NCBI RefSeq assembly: GCF_009914755.1 | Contig: NC_060938.1 | Source: the human T2T-CHM13v2.0 reference genome, Homo sapiens | Length of the DNA: 64,000 bases | Reading direction: 5' to 3' (one strand) | Shown: piece by piece, positions 1 to 13,104 of the stretch | Position numbering within the stretch: position 1 is the stretch's first letter | How the letters are laid out: every line of letters begins with the position of its first letter | The notes under the pieces: generated by a model | What the model was told of the DNA's origin: nothing | The model's input: the letters and a program-made list of their open reading frames with translations, nothing else | Database searches by the model: none | Program-made: the position numbers and the translations under genes

Positions 1-329
1 AAAAAAAAAAAAAAAAAAAAAGTCATAAAACAGCTAAGCTGACTTTAGCTTGACCAGATCTTTCCTCTCACAGGACAAGAAGATACCTGGGGAATCAAGG
101 TATTGGCTGGTCTTTCAGGGCTCCTGGAATCAGTGCAGGTGGAGTTAGATAGGAAGACCAGAGTTTATTCTCATTGAGCTCTAAGATCTGGGGCTGTCAC
201 CTCCATGATGAAGGACTACCTGCCACAATCACTAGACACATGCCCCCATTAATCTAAGCATGCTGTCTTCTGGGTAGTGCTAGGATATGGCAGATATCAG
301 ACTAGGAAATAAAATGTCACACTCAAAAG

Positions 330-768
330 GGGGTAGTCATTGCAGAATTTAAAGAAAGGATTCTTTTCCAACATATCTCAAAACCAATAAGGGATGGTTA
401 TGCACCCCTAATCTGGCAACCATGGGAGTCATCCCTACCTCAAGGGCAAAAGGAGGAAGGAGTTGCCAGGACCTGGAGGGAACTGTAGTTGCAGCTCCAA
501 GGGAGGGCATTTCTCCAGGATCACGGCCCTTGGTAGAGGAATACAGCCACTGCAAAACATAGGCTAGCAGGGAGGGAACCTGGGGAAGATATCCCCTTGT
601 TTCTCTCGCCTCCTGTCCCCTGATCCTTCTTGTGCCTCCCGTTGGCTGGACGCAGCTGGAACCCAGGGAGCCAGCTGACAGTCTGTAGAGGCCAGCCTCT
701 TAGATCACAGAGCAGGGTAGAGAAGGTGAGAGCGGAAGCAGAGGGGCAGGCAGAGATATGTGGTACAT
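330..768 (-). mobile_element. Old ERVL-class solo LTR, LTR41-like
   Basis: Reverse strand starts TGTACCACATATCTCTGCCTGCCCCTC...CCCTGCTCTGTG...GAGGCTGGCCT, resembling the LTR41 5' end; left boundary approximate. Confidence 0.6.
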
Positions 769-963
769 GGGACTGCAGGCATCATGCCTCCTCATTCCTA
801 GGCCTCCTTGCCAGACGACTTTGCTTCTGTTTAAGACATTCCAGAATAATTCCTTCAATCTGGCTAAATGGGGATCTTCCTGGCCTGGGGGCTATTCTCT
901 TTCTTTAAGGTGACTCTAAGTATCTCTCTTCTGATCAGTTAAATGATGTATTCATTAATGTAA

Positions 964-1287
<324 letters not shown>

Positions 1288-1947
1288 TTTTCCTTCTTTT
1301 CTCATGGTTTGTAGGGCCAGGATGGGAACACCTCACAGAGGCCTCCTCAGGCCAGCCTAATTCAGCCTCATTGAATGGAAGAATTAAGGGAAGAGGGGAA
1401 CTCCAGGGCATGCCAGGGCTCTCTGTCTAATACTGCCTTAGCACCAGCTTTACCAAGCACGTTTGTGTTTTAAAAAGGACTCTTAAAAATACAAAATTTA
1501 ATACCAAAAGAAATGTCTCTCAAATGGCAAAATTTCAGTTTAGTAGTTGGGAGGTATGAGGTGCTAATGACCCCCCAACCCCAAGATGTCCACATCTTAA
1601 TCCCCAGAACCTGTGAATGTGTTACCTTGTAGGAAAAAGGGACTTTGCAGATGTGCTTACATTAAGGCTCTTGAGCAGTGGAGATTAAGGATCTTGAGCC
1701 TATCCAGGTAGGCTCAATGTAATCATAAGGATCCTTATCAGAGAGAGGCAGGAGGTCAGAAGGACAGAGACAATGTGTGATGACAGAAGCAGATGCTGGG
1801 CTGGCGCAATTTGAAGATGTGAAGAGGCCATGAGTCAAGTAATTCAGGAGGCCTCTAAAAGCTGGAAAAGGCAAGGAAATGATTATCTCCTGGAGCCTCC
1901 AAGAGGAAGGCAGCTTTTGATTTTAGTTCAGTAAGACCCATCTTGGA

Positions 1948-2654
1948 TGATATGGTTTGGCTCTGGGTCCCCACCCAAATCTCACCTTGAATTGTGATGA
2001 ACCCCATGTGACAAGGGCGGGGCCAGGTGGACATAATTGAATCATGGGGGGCAGTTTCCTCCATACTGTTCTCCTGATAGTGAGTTCTCATGAGATCTGA
2101 TGGTTTTATAAGGGGCTTTCCCCCTTCACTCGGCTCTCATTCTTCTCCTTCCGGCCGCCACGTGAAGAAGTGTTGTAGAACTTTCTCCTTAGGGTTCTTG
2201 TCACATGACCGGAAAAGATTAGGCTTGTACTAATCTTCACGCTTTGAAAGGTGAGAAAAATGGAATTTATTGGGCAAAAAGAAAAAAAAAAAGGAAAAAC
2301 AACGTAGCAAAGAGACAGAGAGAGGGGTTCCTGTTAACAGGCCCTCATCTCACAGATTGAATTCCAGGTTACCACCCTGGAACAGGAGAGGCCAGGCTCC
2401 TCTCCCCTGCAAAGGGTGCAGACTTCCCACAGCTCCACCCCGTTCTCCCAGTGCACAGGCTGGTTGGAGGTTCTCCGGGGACCCCTCTATACTTGGCTGT
2501 CTCAGAAGGATGTGTTTGCTTCTAGTTGTGCCATGATTGTAAGTTTCCTGAGGCCTCCCCAGCCATGCTTAACCGTGAGTCAATTCAACCTCTTTCCTTT
2601 ATAAATTACCCAGTCTTGGGTATGTCTTTATTAGCAGCATAACGGACTAATACT
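1948..2654 (+). mobile_element. THE1 (C/D-like) solo LTR, interrupted by an ERV1 LTR
   Basis: TGATATGGTTTGGCT...GGACTAATAC termini; 5-bp TSD TTGGA at 1943-1947 and 2655-2659. Confidence 0.92.
2171..2504 (-). mobile_element. ERV1 solo LTR (MER61/LTR27 group)
   Basis: Reverse strand TGAGACAGCCAAGTATAGAGGGGTCCCCGGAGAAC...TTCTACAACA; 4-bp TSD GAAG on both sides. Confidence 0.8.
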
Positions 2655-4194
2655 TTGGATTTCCAACCTCTAGAACTGTAAAGAGAATAAATTTGTGTTG
2701 TTGAAGACGCTAAATTTCAGGCAATTTGTAATGGCAGCTAAACAGAGGATATTCTTGGAGTAGAGCCTTCTTTCCAGCATCTTTTGGTCACAGAAGATAG
2801 AGGCTACATTAAGACCTCCTTAGGATGCCTTTTTTTGCCAGCCAATTTTGGGTATCTACACAGGTATCAGTGGACTGGAATTCTAAGCACAAAAGCTACC
2901 CTGGTAATCTGCCTAATGACATGCAGAATGTATGCCAAAGTGGGTTTCTGCATGGCTAAGCATGTTCCCAGACTTTGTCCTTCACTGCTTATCAGGCCAG
3001 GGATGGCTGACGCCCTCCCATCCCCAAGGATTCTGCATTCTCAGAAAGGCAAGTGAGAAAGTCCGGCAGAGCACTGAGGAGGCCACTCTAGGCAGGGACA
3101 GGTGGTGAAAAAATTGAGGAGACAAAGGACCCATTTCCTCCTGGTACTCCATTGCAAAAATAACCCAAGGAAAGGGCTTTGAAACTTCTTGAACTGGAAC
3201 ACTGGGGAAAAAAATCTACCACATGAACTTCATGTCATTTAGCAAGTCTCTTTAGTGCTGTTCTCCACCCCTGCAGTGACCCCAACACACTCGCAGGGAG
3301 AGGTCCTTCTCTGTAAAGCTGTCTTCTCCAATTAAGTCACACACACTAAATGGAAATGAAGAGGACATTGCTTAAAATGTGCCTTTAGAATGAAATGGAT
3401 ATGAAAAGGCTCAGATCCATTTTAGAGACAAGTTCCTCTGTCAGAAATCAATATAGCCCTCGCATTCTACAATGTGCCAGTTCATAAAGTGAAAACTGCT
3501 CGAACTCTCAATTTAACATTGTCAAAGCTGATATTAAATTCTAAGATTTTATATCTGCTGTTGCCTATTTAGGACCAAGTTATAAATCTGAAGTCTCTTC
3601 CCAGCTCATAAGTCTGACAGTGCTTGATAAAAACTTTTATAATCAAGTTCGATAAAGAATCACAAATCTCCATCTTGCGATTTTTAGCTCACAACACTCT
3701 TCGTAAATAACATCTTCCTGTCTTGGTGCTTGTCAATATTTGTCATTTTTTAAAAGGGATAAAATAGAAATACTATGTAAGCTCTTCCCTTTTGGACAGA
3801 AATTATTGTTAGTAAGGGATTCAATGAGTAAGATGTCTTCATAATGGCATTGATAAAGGATGACCACGAAGAACCTGAAGATGGAATCTCCAGTGACACC
3901 CATGGTCTGCCGCTGATGGCATTCACAGGAATACAAGACAGGCCGTCATCTGGAAGTCTTAGAAAAAGACTTCTCTGTGCTGGAAATGGGCAAACAGACA
4001 CTATCTTGTCTAAACTCTCCATAGGCTAGAAATAAAGGGGCCAGTTTTACCTCCAAGCCTGTTTTGAGTAACCTTTCAGAATCAGAACCTTTGAAAAAAC
4101 ATCAAAAAGAGATATGCAAACAAGCTGGACTCTGAGTTTTCTGCGGTTTCCTATCTGTAAAAAGAAACTGGAAACAGTACTATGTATACATATA

Positions 4195-4715
4195 CAGTGA
4201 ATCCTCACTTAACATTGTCCATAGGCTTTTGGAAACTTTGATTTTTGACTATGAGCATAATGTTGTATGACAAAACCAACTTTTTTTGGCCGAACATGGT
4301 AGCTGACGCCTGTAATCCCAGCACTTTTAGAGGCCACGATGGGAGGACTGCCTGAGCTCCGGAGTTTGAGACTAACCTAAGCCACATAGCAAGACCTCGT
4401 CTCTACTAAAAATCAAAAAAATTAGCCAGGCATAGTTGCACATGCCTGTAGTCCCAGCTACTCAAGAGGCTGAGGTGGGAGGATGGCTTGATCCCAGGAG
4501 ATTGAGGCTGCAGTGAGCTTGATCACGCCACTGCACTCCAGCCTGGGTGACAGAGCAAGACCCTGTCTCAAAACAACAAAAAAGCCATTTTTTTCCTCAT
4601 CAATGTTATAACAAAATGACATTGAGTGAAAGGACGTTATTCAAGGACATTAAGTCATTTTGCTTAAAGTTGAAGTTTCTGAGAACCTATTGTGACCTTA
4701 AGTGAAGATTTACTG
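4195..4715. mobile_element. TcMar-Tigger MITE (MER6-like) with an Alu inside
   Basis: Terminal inverted repeats CAGTGAATCCTCACTTAA / TTAAGTGAAGATTTACTG flanked by TA. Confidence 0.7.
4288..4583 (+). mobile_element. Alu (AluJ-like)
   Basis: Diverged full dimer with A tail. Confidence 0.93.
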
Positions 4716-5159
4716 TATATACATGAATATATACATACATATATACATATGTACTAGGCAGTGTGTAATATATGTAATATGTACTAAAATTATACAGATA
4801 TGCGTGGGAATGGTAAATATCAAAATCAGGACAGTGGTAACCTCTGAGGAAGAGGGAGAAGGATGTGAGTAGGAGGATACACAGGAAGCTTCAAGTGAAT
4901 TTGCAATGTTTTATCTTGTCAAACTGGGTAGTTTTCAAATGCTCATTATATCATTGTCTATATCTTTTAAGATGGGCACAGCTATCACATTTCATAATGA
5001 AAACAATTTTAAAGATGGGTCCAGGGTTGGCTCATGAGAGAAATGGAGAAATGAGGGAACAGTCTGAACATGATTGCTTTTACTTTCCTTAAGATGCTCT
5101 GATGACTCTACAGTGAAGTGGGGACCGAGGCATGTCAGTGACGGGGAGGGCGAAAGGCA

Positions 5160-5775
5160 GAGTGGAGTGCTCACTAGTACTGGCTCGTGGAAGCTGAATG
5201 GCAAATTTTCAGGAATTTTGCAAGCTGGGAGTTATACACCCATTATTAAGAATGAACATATATAAACTTACAGTTAAATAAATTACAGTAAAAACAAAGG
5301 TAGTTTGCTATAGGTAAAACTCCTCCCGGCTGGATGTGCTGGCTCACGTCTGTAATCCCAGCACTTTGGGAGGCCGAGGCGGGCGGATCACCTGAGGTCA
5401 GGCGTTTGAGACCAGCCTGGCCAACATGGCAAAACCCCGTCTTTACTAAAAATACAAAAATTAGCCAGGCATGGTGGCTCGTACCTGTAGTCCCAGCTAC
5501 TCAGGAGGCTGAGGCAGGAGAATCACTTAAACCCTGAGGCGGAGGTTGCAGTAAGTGGAGACAGCGCCACTGCACTCCAGCCTGGGCAAGAGAGTGAGAC
5601 TCCATCACAAACACCCCAAAAACAAACAAACTCATCCTGATTATTTTACTATACTTTACCATTATCTGTGCTCTTGAAGTTATGTGTATCTATCATGTCT
5701 GCATGGTGGAAATACTAGATAATGGCCCACTACTGCACATCGCTTTACAACTTTGCATTCAGTGACATGATGTTA
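5160..5775 (+). mobile_element. MER63 (hAT-Blackjack) fragment split by an Alu
   Basis: AAATTTTCAGGAATTTTGCAAGC...CCATTATTAAG...TGGTGGAAATACTA...TTCAGTGAC resembles MER63 consensus. Confidence 0.75.
5328..5630 (+). mobile_element. Alu (AluS-like)
   Basis: Full dimer. Confidence 0.95.
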
Positions 5776-5899
5776 AGTTCCTTAAGAGCTCCTTGGCTGT
5801 AACTTCATTCTGAACATCCTGAATCCTCAATCACCAAGAAAAGCTCATCCCTCCATGAGGCTTGGATCACTTTCACAAAACCAACTAGAGAGGTACCTT

Positions 5900-7070
5900 T
5901 TTTAAAAAATGTATTTTTAATGTTAGTGAGTTACATAATAGGTATATATATTTATGGGGTACATGAGATGTTTGATACAGGCACGCAATGTGAAGTTATG
6001 ACATCATGGAGAATGGGGTATCCATCCCTCAAGCATTTATCCTTTGTGTTACAAACAATCCAATTACATTCTTTTAGTTATTTTAAAATGTGCAATTAAG
6101 TTGTTATTGACTATAGTCACCCTGTGGTGCTATCAGATAGTAGGCCTTGTTCATTCTTTCTATTTAATACCCATTAACTTTCCCCATCTTCCCCTCAACG
6201 CCCATTACCCTTCCTAGCCTCTGGTAATCATCCTTCTACTCTCTATTTCCATGAGCAATCGTTTTTAATTTTACATCCCACAAATAAGTGAGAAAATGTG
6301 ATGTTTGTCTTTCTGTACCTTGCTTATTTCATTTAACATTAATGACCTCCAGTTCCATCCATGTTGTTGCAAATGACAGGATCTCATTCTTTTTTACGAC
6401 TGAATAGTACTCTGTTGTGTATATTTACCACATTTTCTTTATTCATCTGTTGATGGACACTTAGGTTGCTTCCAAATCTTGGCTATTGTGAACAGTGCTG
6501 CAACAAACATGGGAGTGCAGACATCTCTTTGATACACTGATTTCCTTTCTTTTGGGTACATACCCAGCAGTGGGATTGCTGGACCATATGGTAGCTCTAT
6601 TTTCAGTTGTTTGAGGAACCTCCAAACTCTTCTCCAGAGTGCTTGTACTAATTTACATTCCCACCAACAGTGCATGAGGGTTCCACATCCTCATCAGCAT
6701 TTATTGTTGCCTGTCTTTTTGATATAAGCCATTTGGACTGGGGTAAGATGGTATCTCATTGTAGTTTTCATTTGCATTTCTCTGATGATCAATCATGTGC
6801 CTGTCTGCCATTTGCATGTCTTCTTTTGAGAAATGGCTATTCAAATCTTTTGCCCATTATTTGATCAGATTATTAGATTTTTTTCCTATAGAGTTGTTTG
6901 AGCTCCTGATATATTTTGGTTATTAATCCCTTGTCAGATGGGTAGTTTGCAAATATTTTCTCCCACTCTGCGGGTTGTCTCTTCACTTTGTTGATGGTTT
7001 CTTTTGCTGTGCAGAAGCCTTTTAACTTGATGGGATCCCATTTGTCCATTTTTGCTTTGATTGCCTGTCT
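5900..7070 (-). mobile_element. L1 (L1MA-like) 3' end
   Basis: ORF2 C-terminal remnant [21 protein letters not shown]...IPLLG...MFVAALFTIAKIWKQPKCPS (6439-6675) plus L1MA-type 3'UTR. Confidence 0.93.
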
Positions 7071-8073
7071 GGATAGATATTTGAGGTATTAAGCAATTGG
7101 GCAGAATTTTCAGGAGAGAGATGGTCTGTTTCGTTCTGTATTCCCCTCAGGCCTCAAAGTCTTCCTTTCCAGTGTCCCTCACAGTCCCTGGGCCAGACTG
7201 CATTTGTCTGTTGGGCTTTTCTAATCCTGGATGTCACAGTATTATCCTTGGCTATCCCTATTCTAGTTCACTTTCTTTTTTCAATTTTGATTTATCTTCA
7301 GTGGTGACTTCCTGGAGGCCTTAAACCTACCTTGACTTATATAATAACAGGACCAGGCAAAGGAGGGGGATGCTGGTCTGTCTGTGCATATGGCTGGTTG
7401 CCAAATTCCCTGCCCTTTGAAACTGTGTCCTTTGGGTTGTGTTTCTGCTGCTGGCTGCTCCCAGGGCATCTGGAACTTAGTGAGGGGCAAGCAAGGGCTG
7501 GTTTAAGAATAGCCCCCGATCCCCACAGCAGTTCCCCCAGGGCCTGGGCCCCCTGAGCAGCAGCATCAGTTTTGGGGCTAGAGGAAACTTGGTAACCATT
7601 CTAGGAGGTCAGAGAGATACTGCTAAGAACTGCCAAAGATAGCATTTATCTTCGAAGTGGATCTCAATTTTCTTTTTCTCTGTTAGTCCTTCTTCAAGTT
7701 ATTTAAAAAATAAACCCCACAAAAAATGGAAGACAACCTAAATATCCAATAGCAGGGGGCAGATTATACTATCTTGAGAAGGAAAATTTTGGATCAATGA
7801 AAAATCATCTTCCCATTTGAATATTATGCCATATCTATGTAATACTTATTTAAAATACCATCTTTTTAAAAAACAAAACTGTAAATGGGTATGTTTTAGA
7901 GATCACATGGCACACACACAAAAATCTACCTGCTGTCGTTTACCACTGTATTTCAAAGAAGAACCAAATGGTTTTAGGTAATTAGGTTTTAGGTAGACCT
8001 AACTGTTCTACTTGTGTTTTAAGATAAAATTTCCAGTAGCAGCAAATATATTTTGTAAAAGTGCTGTAACTCT

Positions 8074-8466
<393 letters not shown>

Positions 8467-8928
8467 CTAATGTGATAAAGACGTGGGAAGAGTTTGAATA
8501 AATAATGTCATGAAATACGAGAGTGGCAAAAGTAGTGTTTCTACCTTAGTATGTTATTTTATATCATACTTGATTTTAGAGAGGTATGTGCAACTAAAAT
8601 AATGTATAATTTAGGCTAAAAATCATGCTGTAGAAGACCAATGCCATGGAGAAAAGGTCATGACAGTGATACATCAGCATAAAAATTCTTGATATATAAA
8701 AGCTATTCAACTGTAAACACAAAAATATATGAAAGAAATTAAATGTGTATTGATCTGGAAGGAAAGTCATCAAAAATCATCAAAGTGGTTATATTTGGAT
8801 GTAAGATTACGGGTGACTTTTATATTGTTCTTTATACATTTCTATAGTTGCCAAGCCTCTCACAATAGATAGTCATTCATTTTATGGCAAAAAAGAATCT
8901 GATTGAAAACAATATTATAAAACATCTG

Positions 8929-9218
8929 GGCCAGGCGCAGTGGCTCATGCCTGTAATCCCAGCACTTTGGGAGGCCGAGGCGGGTGGATCACAAGGTCAG
9001 GAGATCGAGACCATCCTGGCTAACACGGTGAAACCCTGTCTCTACTAAAAATACAAAAAATTAGCCAGGCGTGGTGGCAGGCACCTGTAGTCCCAGCTAC
9101 TTGGGAGGCTAAGGCAGGAGAATGGCGTGAATCCAGGAGGTAGAGCTTGCAGTGAGCCAAGATCGCACCACTGCTCTCCAGCCTGGGCGACAGAGCAAGA
9201 CTCCATCTCAAAAAAAAT
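8929..9218 (+). mobile_element. Alu (AluY-like)
   Basis: GAGATCGAGACCATCCTGGCTAACACGG and AATGGCGTGAA diagnostics. Confidence 0.95.
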
Positions 9219-9289
9219 CTGCCTGTAGATACTGCCTGTCTGGTGCCCCTGTGGATCCTCCCAAGTATACCAGAGTGGAGTAGAAATAC

Positions 9290-9530
9290 AATAACAGCTG
9301 ACTTCGACTGAGAGCAAATCATGTACCTGGCACTGTACCAAGCATTTTGCATGGATTATTTTATATAATTACTGCCCCAGCCGTATGAAGTTGGCATGAA
9401 TACCCCAATTTTATAGTGAGAAAACTGAAAAACAGAGAAGTTTAGTATTTTGCCCAAGTCAAGCTAGTGAGTCAGGGAACTGGCATTTAAACCCAAGCAG
9501 ACTGACTTTAGTGACAATGCTCTTGGGCAG
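9290..9530 (-). mobile_element. MIR
   Basis: CCCCAATTTTATAGTGAGAAAACTGA...TTGCCCAAG...GCTAGTGAG core. Confidence 0.75.
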
Positions 9531-9691
9531 GGTGCTACCCTGTGCTGTGTTTCAGCACTCTGATACCTACCTGGGAGGATTTTAGAAGCTGTAACAGGCC
9601 ACCTCATGGGGAGATTCCTAGCCAAATATCTTGAGCATTTTTCTCCACCTCACACTTTAAGAAACTGGAAATCTTAATTGAATTAAGCAAG

Positions 9692-10052
9692 TGCTATGGT
9701 CTGAATGTCTGTGTCCCCCCAAAATTCATATGTTGAAGGCTGATTACCAATGTGATGGTATTAGGAGGTAGTCCTGTTGGGAGGTGATTAGGTCATGAGG
9801 GTAGAACACTCATGAATGGGATTAGTGCCCTCATAAAAGAGGCCAACGAGCTACCCTGTCCTTTTCTACTATGTGAGAGTAGGGTGAGAAGGTGCCATCT
9901 ATGAACCAGAGAGTGGGCTTTCATCAGACACTAATCATCAGTGCCTTAATTTTGGACTTCAAGTTTCCAGAACTGTGAGAAATAAATTTCTGTTGCTTAT
10001 AAGCCACCCAGTCTATGGCATTTTGTTATGGTGGCCTGAGCTGAGCAAGACA
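9692..10052 (+). mobile_element. MLT1A-like MaLR solo LTR
   Basis: TGCTATGGTCTGAATGTCTGTGTCCCCCCAAAATTCATATGTTGAA...AGAACTGTGAGAAATAAATTTCTG...AAGACA. Confidence 0.88.
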
Positions 10053-10114
10053 GCAAGTTTCTTACCGGGGAATGTAATGTTGGCCAGCAAGCCCCAGACC
10101 TTGTGGGTTGAGTA

Positions 10115-10270
10115 GGTTTCTTGGACTGCGACCTAGCAGTCAGATAGGGCCCCATGCTTGGTTTCATGCTCTGCTGTTGCTATCTTGAAATTCTTAATAC
10201 TTTTCAAACAAAGGGCCTCGCATTTTTATTTTGCATTGGGACCTGCAAATTGTGTAGCTGGTGCCACCTG
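10115..10270 (+). mobile_element. MER91A-like hAT-Tip100 MITE
   Basis: GGGCCCCATGCTTGGTTT...CTTGAAATTCTTAATA...TTTTGCATTGGGACCTGCAAATTGTGTAGC. Confidence 0.75.
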
Positions 10271-10644
10271 TAGGACATCAGAATGGAGAAATTCCCCTGG
10301 AAATCTTTGGGTCAAAGGGCCAGGTGGGAAGGACGGGGGTCATCCAAGTTGCAGGTTCAGTGTCCTGGAGCCCAGAGAGAAGGGGGGCCCAGAGATGTGG
10401 GATCCCAGCCTCTCCATTAACCCATTTTATGAAAAAGCTCTGAAAGAAACCCCCCAAACTTGGGGTGGGAGAAGTAAGTGGGGTCACGAGTGTGGCTTCA
10501 GTGTCTACCTCTGAAATAACGAGTAAAAGAGAAAACAAAGGAGAAATTCTACTTTTCTTTGTTCTATAGTAGATCTCCTTTTAGTCCCAGCCTAGAACTA
10601 TGCCCTTCATTCACTATTAGAGCTTGCATGTGTGTGTTTTCGGG

Positions 10645-10852
10645 TTTTTTTTTTGTTGGTTTTTTTTTTTTTTTCTTTGAGTAGCTGGGACTACAGGCGC
10701 CCGCTACCACGCCTGGCTAATTTTTTGTATTTTTAGTAGAGATGGCGTTTCACCGTGTTAGCCAGGATGGTCTTGATCTCCTGACCTCGTGATCCACCCA
10801 CCTCAGCCTCCCAAAGTTCTGGGATTACAGGCATGAGCCACCACGCCCAGCC
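10645..10852 (-). mobile_element. AluY-like with internal deletion of most of the right arm
   Basis: T tail joins directly to GAGTAGCTGGGACTACAGGCG; TGTGTGTGTTTT on both flanks. Confidence 0.9.
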
Positions 10853-11309
10853 GTGTGTGTGTTTTTAATTTGCAAGACAAGATATACTTTATTGTGACAG
10901 CAAATACACATAATGCTGTAGGTAAGGCATGCTACTATAATATGTATCTGCATCGAATCAAAGGCTGGTGTGGAAATGAGTGGGAATGAATGCTGTTTCT
11001 TAATGCTTGAAGATTTAGTCCATGGTACCTGGAGGATAGAAAAGAGTTTGTGTTCACTTATTTGAAGTACAATATTATACCTAATTAGAGACCTTTGTCC
11101 TTGACCAAAAGCCCAAAGGCAAATAAGAGTAACCTAATCTTTTTTAAAACCTCTTTATTGAGTTATTATTGACGTACAAAAAGACATAGATATTTAATGC
11201 ATGCAATTTGATGTGTTTGGGGAGTAGCATATGCCATGAAACCATCAAACCATCATCACTATCAATGTCATCAGCTTATCCATTAACCCCAAAAGTTTCC
11301 TGCTGCCCC

Positions 11310-11600
11310 TTTTGGTTTTTGTTTTTTTGAGACAGGGTCTGGTTCTGTCGCCCAGGCTAGAGGTAGTGGTGCAATCTTGGCTCACTGCAGCCTCAACCAC
11401 CCAAGCTCAAGTCATCTTCCCACCTCAGCCTTCCAGGTAGCTGGAACTATAGGTGCTCACCACCAGTCCTGGCTAATTTTTGTATTTTTTGTAGAGACAG
11501 GGTTTTGCCATGTTGCCCAAGCTGGTCTCAAACCCCTGGGCCCAAGCAATCCTGCCGCCTCAGCCTCCCAAATTGCTGGGATTATAGACTTGAGCTACAC
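11310..11600 (-). mobile_element. Alu (AluJ-like), adjacent to an old L1 fragment at ~11145-11300
   Basis: Diverged reverse dimer. Confidence 0.9.
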
Positions 11601-11633
11601 ACTGACTGTTTTTACTTTTCTTGTGCCTAATAT

Positions 11634-12321
11634 TGAGAGGTGAAGCTAGCTGGACTTCCTGGGTCAAGTGGGAACTTGGAGAACTTTTCTGTATGGCTAA
11701 AGGATTGTAAATGCACCAATGAGCACTCTGTGTCTAGCTAAAGGATTGTAAATGCACCAATCAGCGCTCTGTAAAAATGGACCAATCAGCACTCTGTAAA
11801 ATGGACCAATCAGCACTTGGTAAAACAATCAGCAGGATGTGGGCGGGGCCAAATAAGGGAATAAAAGCTGGCCACCCCAGCCAGCAGCGGCAACCAGCTC
11901 AGGTGTCCTTCCATGCTGTAGAAGCTTTGTTCTTTCGCTCTTCACAATAAATCTTTTTGCTTCTCATTCTTTGGGTCCGCACTACTTTTATGAGCTGTAA
12001 CACTCACTGCGGAGGTCTGCGGCTTCACTCCTGAAGTCAACAAGACCATGAACCCACTGGGAGGGAGGAACAAACAACTCCTGACACGCTGCCTTTAAGA
12101 GCTGTAACACTCACTGCGAAGGTCTGCAGCTTCACTCCTGAAGTCAGCGAGACCATAAACCCACCGGAAGGAAGAAATTCTGGACACATCTGAACATCTG
12201 AAGGAAAAAACTCCGGACACACCATCTTTAAGAACTATAATAATCACCGCGAGGGTCTGTGGCTTCATTCTTGAAGTCAGTGAGACCAAGAACCCACCGG
12301 AAGTAATAAATTCTGGACACA
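11634..12321 (+). mobile_element. LTR12 (ERV9) solo LTR
   Basis: TGAGAGGTGAAG...GGACACA termini, repeated CCAATCAGC units, GGGCGGGG box, U5 repeats; 4-bp TSD ATAT. Confidence 0.95.
11700..11870 (+). promoter_or_regulatory. LTR12 U3 promoter: tandem CCAAT (NF-Y) boxes, GC box, AATAAAA TATA-like element
   Basis: Four CCAAT motifs between ~11716 and ~11810, GGGCGGGG at ~11841, AATAAAA at ~11860; activity not shown. Confidence 0.6.
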
Positions 12322-12532
12322 ATATTTCTACTTACTCTGTTTTGTCTTAGCGCCTTAATTATACGTATGGGGCTTGTCTTACATTCTTGGTCTGTCTGTT
12401 CAGTCCTGCTTTGGATACACTTATGGCTCATGGGGTTTGCTATTTGTCTTCTGAGGGAGTGACAATGCCCCACTTAGAGCATCTCATCCCTAAGCCACTG
12501 GCTGCTCACTCTGGTATCATGTGCATATATGA

Positions 12533-13104
<572 letters not shown>

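Larger units (their letters stand above)
1555..2745 (+). mobile_element. MLT1D-like MaLR LTR, interrupted by THE1
   Basis: CCAAGATGTCCACATCTTAATCCCCAGAACCTGTGAATG...; resumes after THE1 at ~2660 with TCTAGAACTGTAA...AATAAATTTGTGTTG. Confidence 0.85.

Noticed and set aside
5900-7070. Strong similarity to 41960-43303 suggesting a segmental duplication
   Set aside because: Both are 3' ends of the same L1MA-type family with different flanks and truncation points; independent insertions.
11697-12320. Regularly spaced direct repeats resembling a CRISPR-like array
   Set aside because: These are the normal U3 and U5 tandem repeats of LTR12 in a primate genome.
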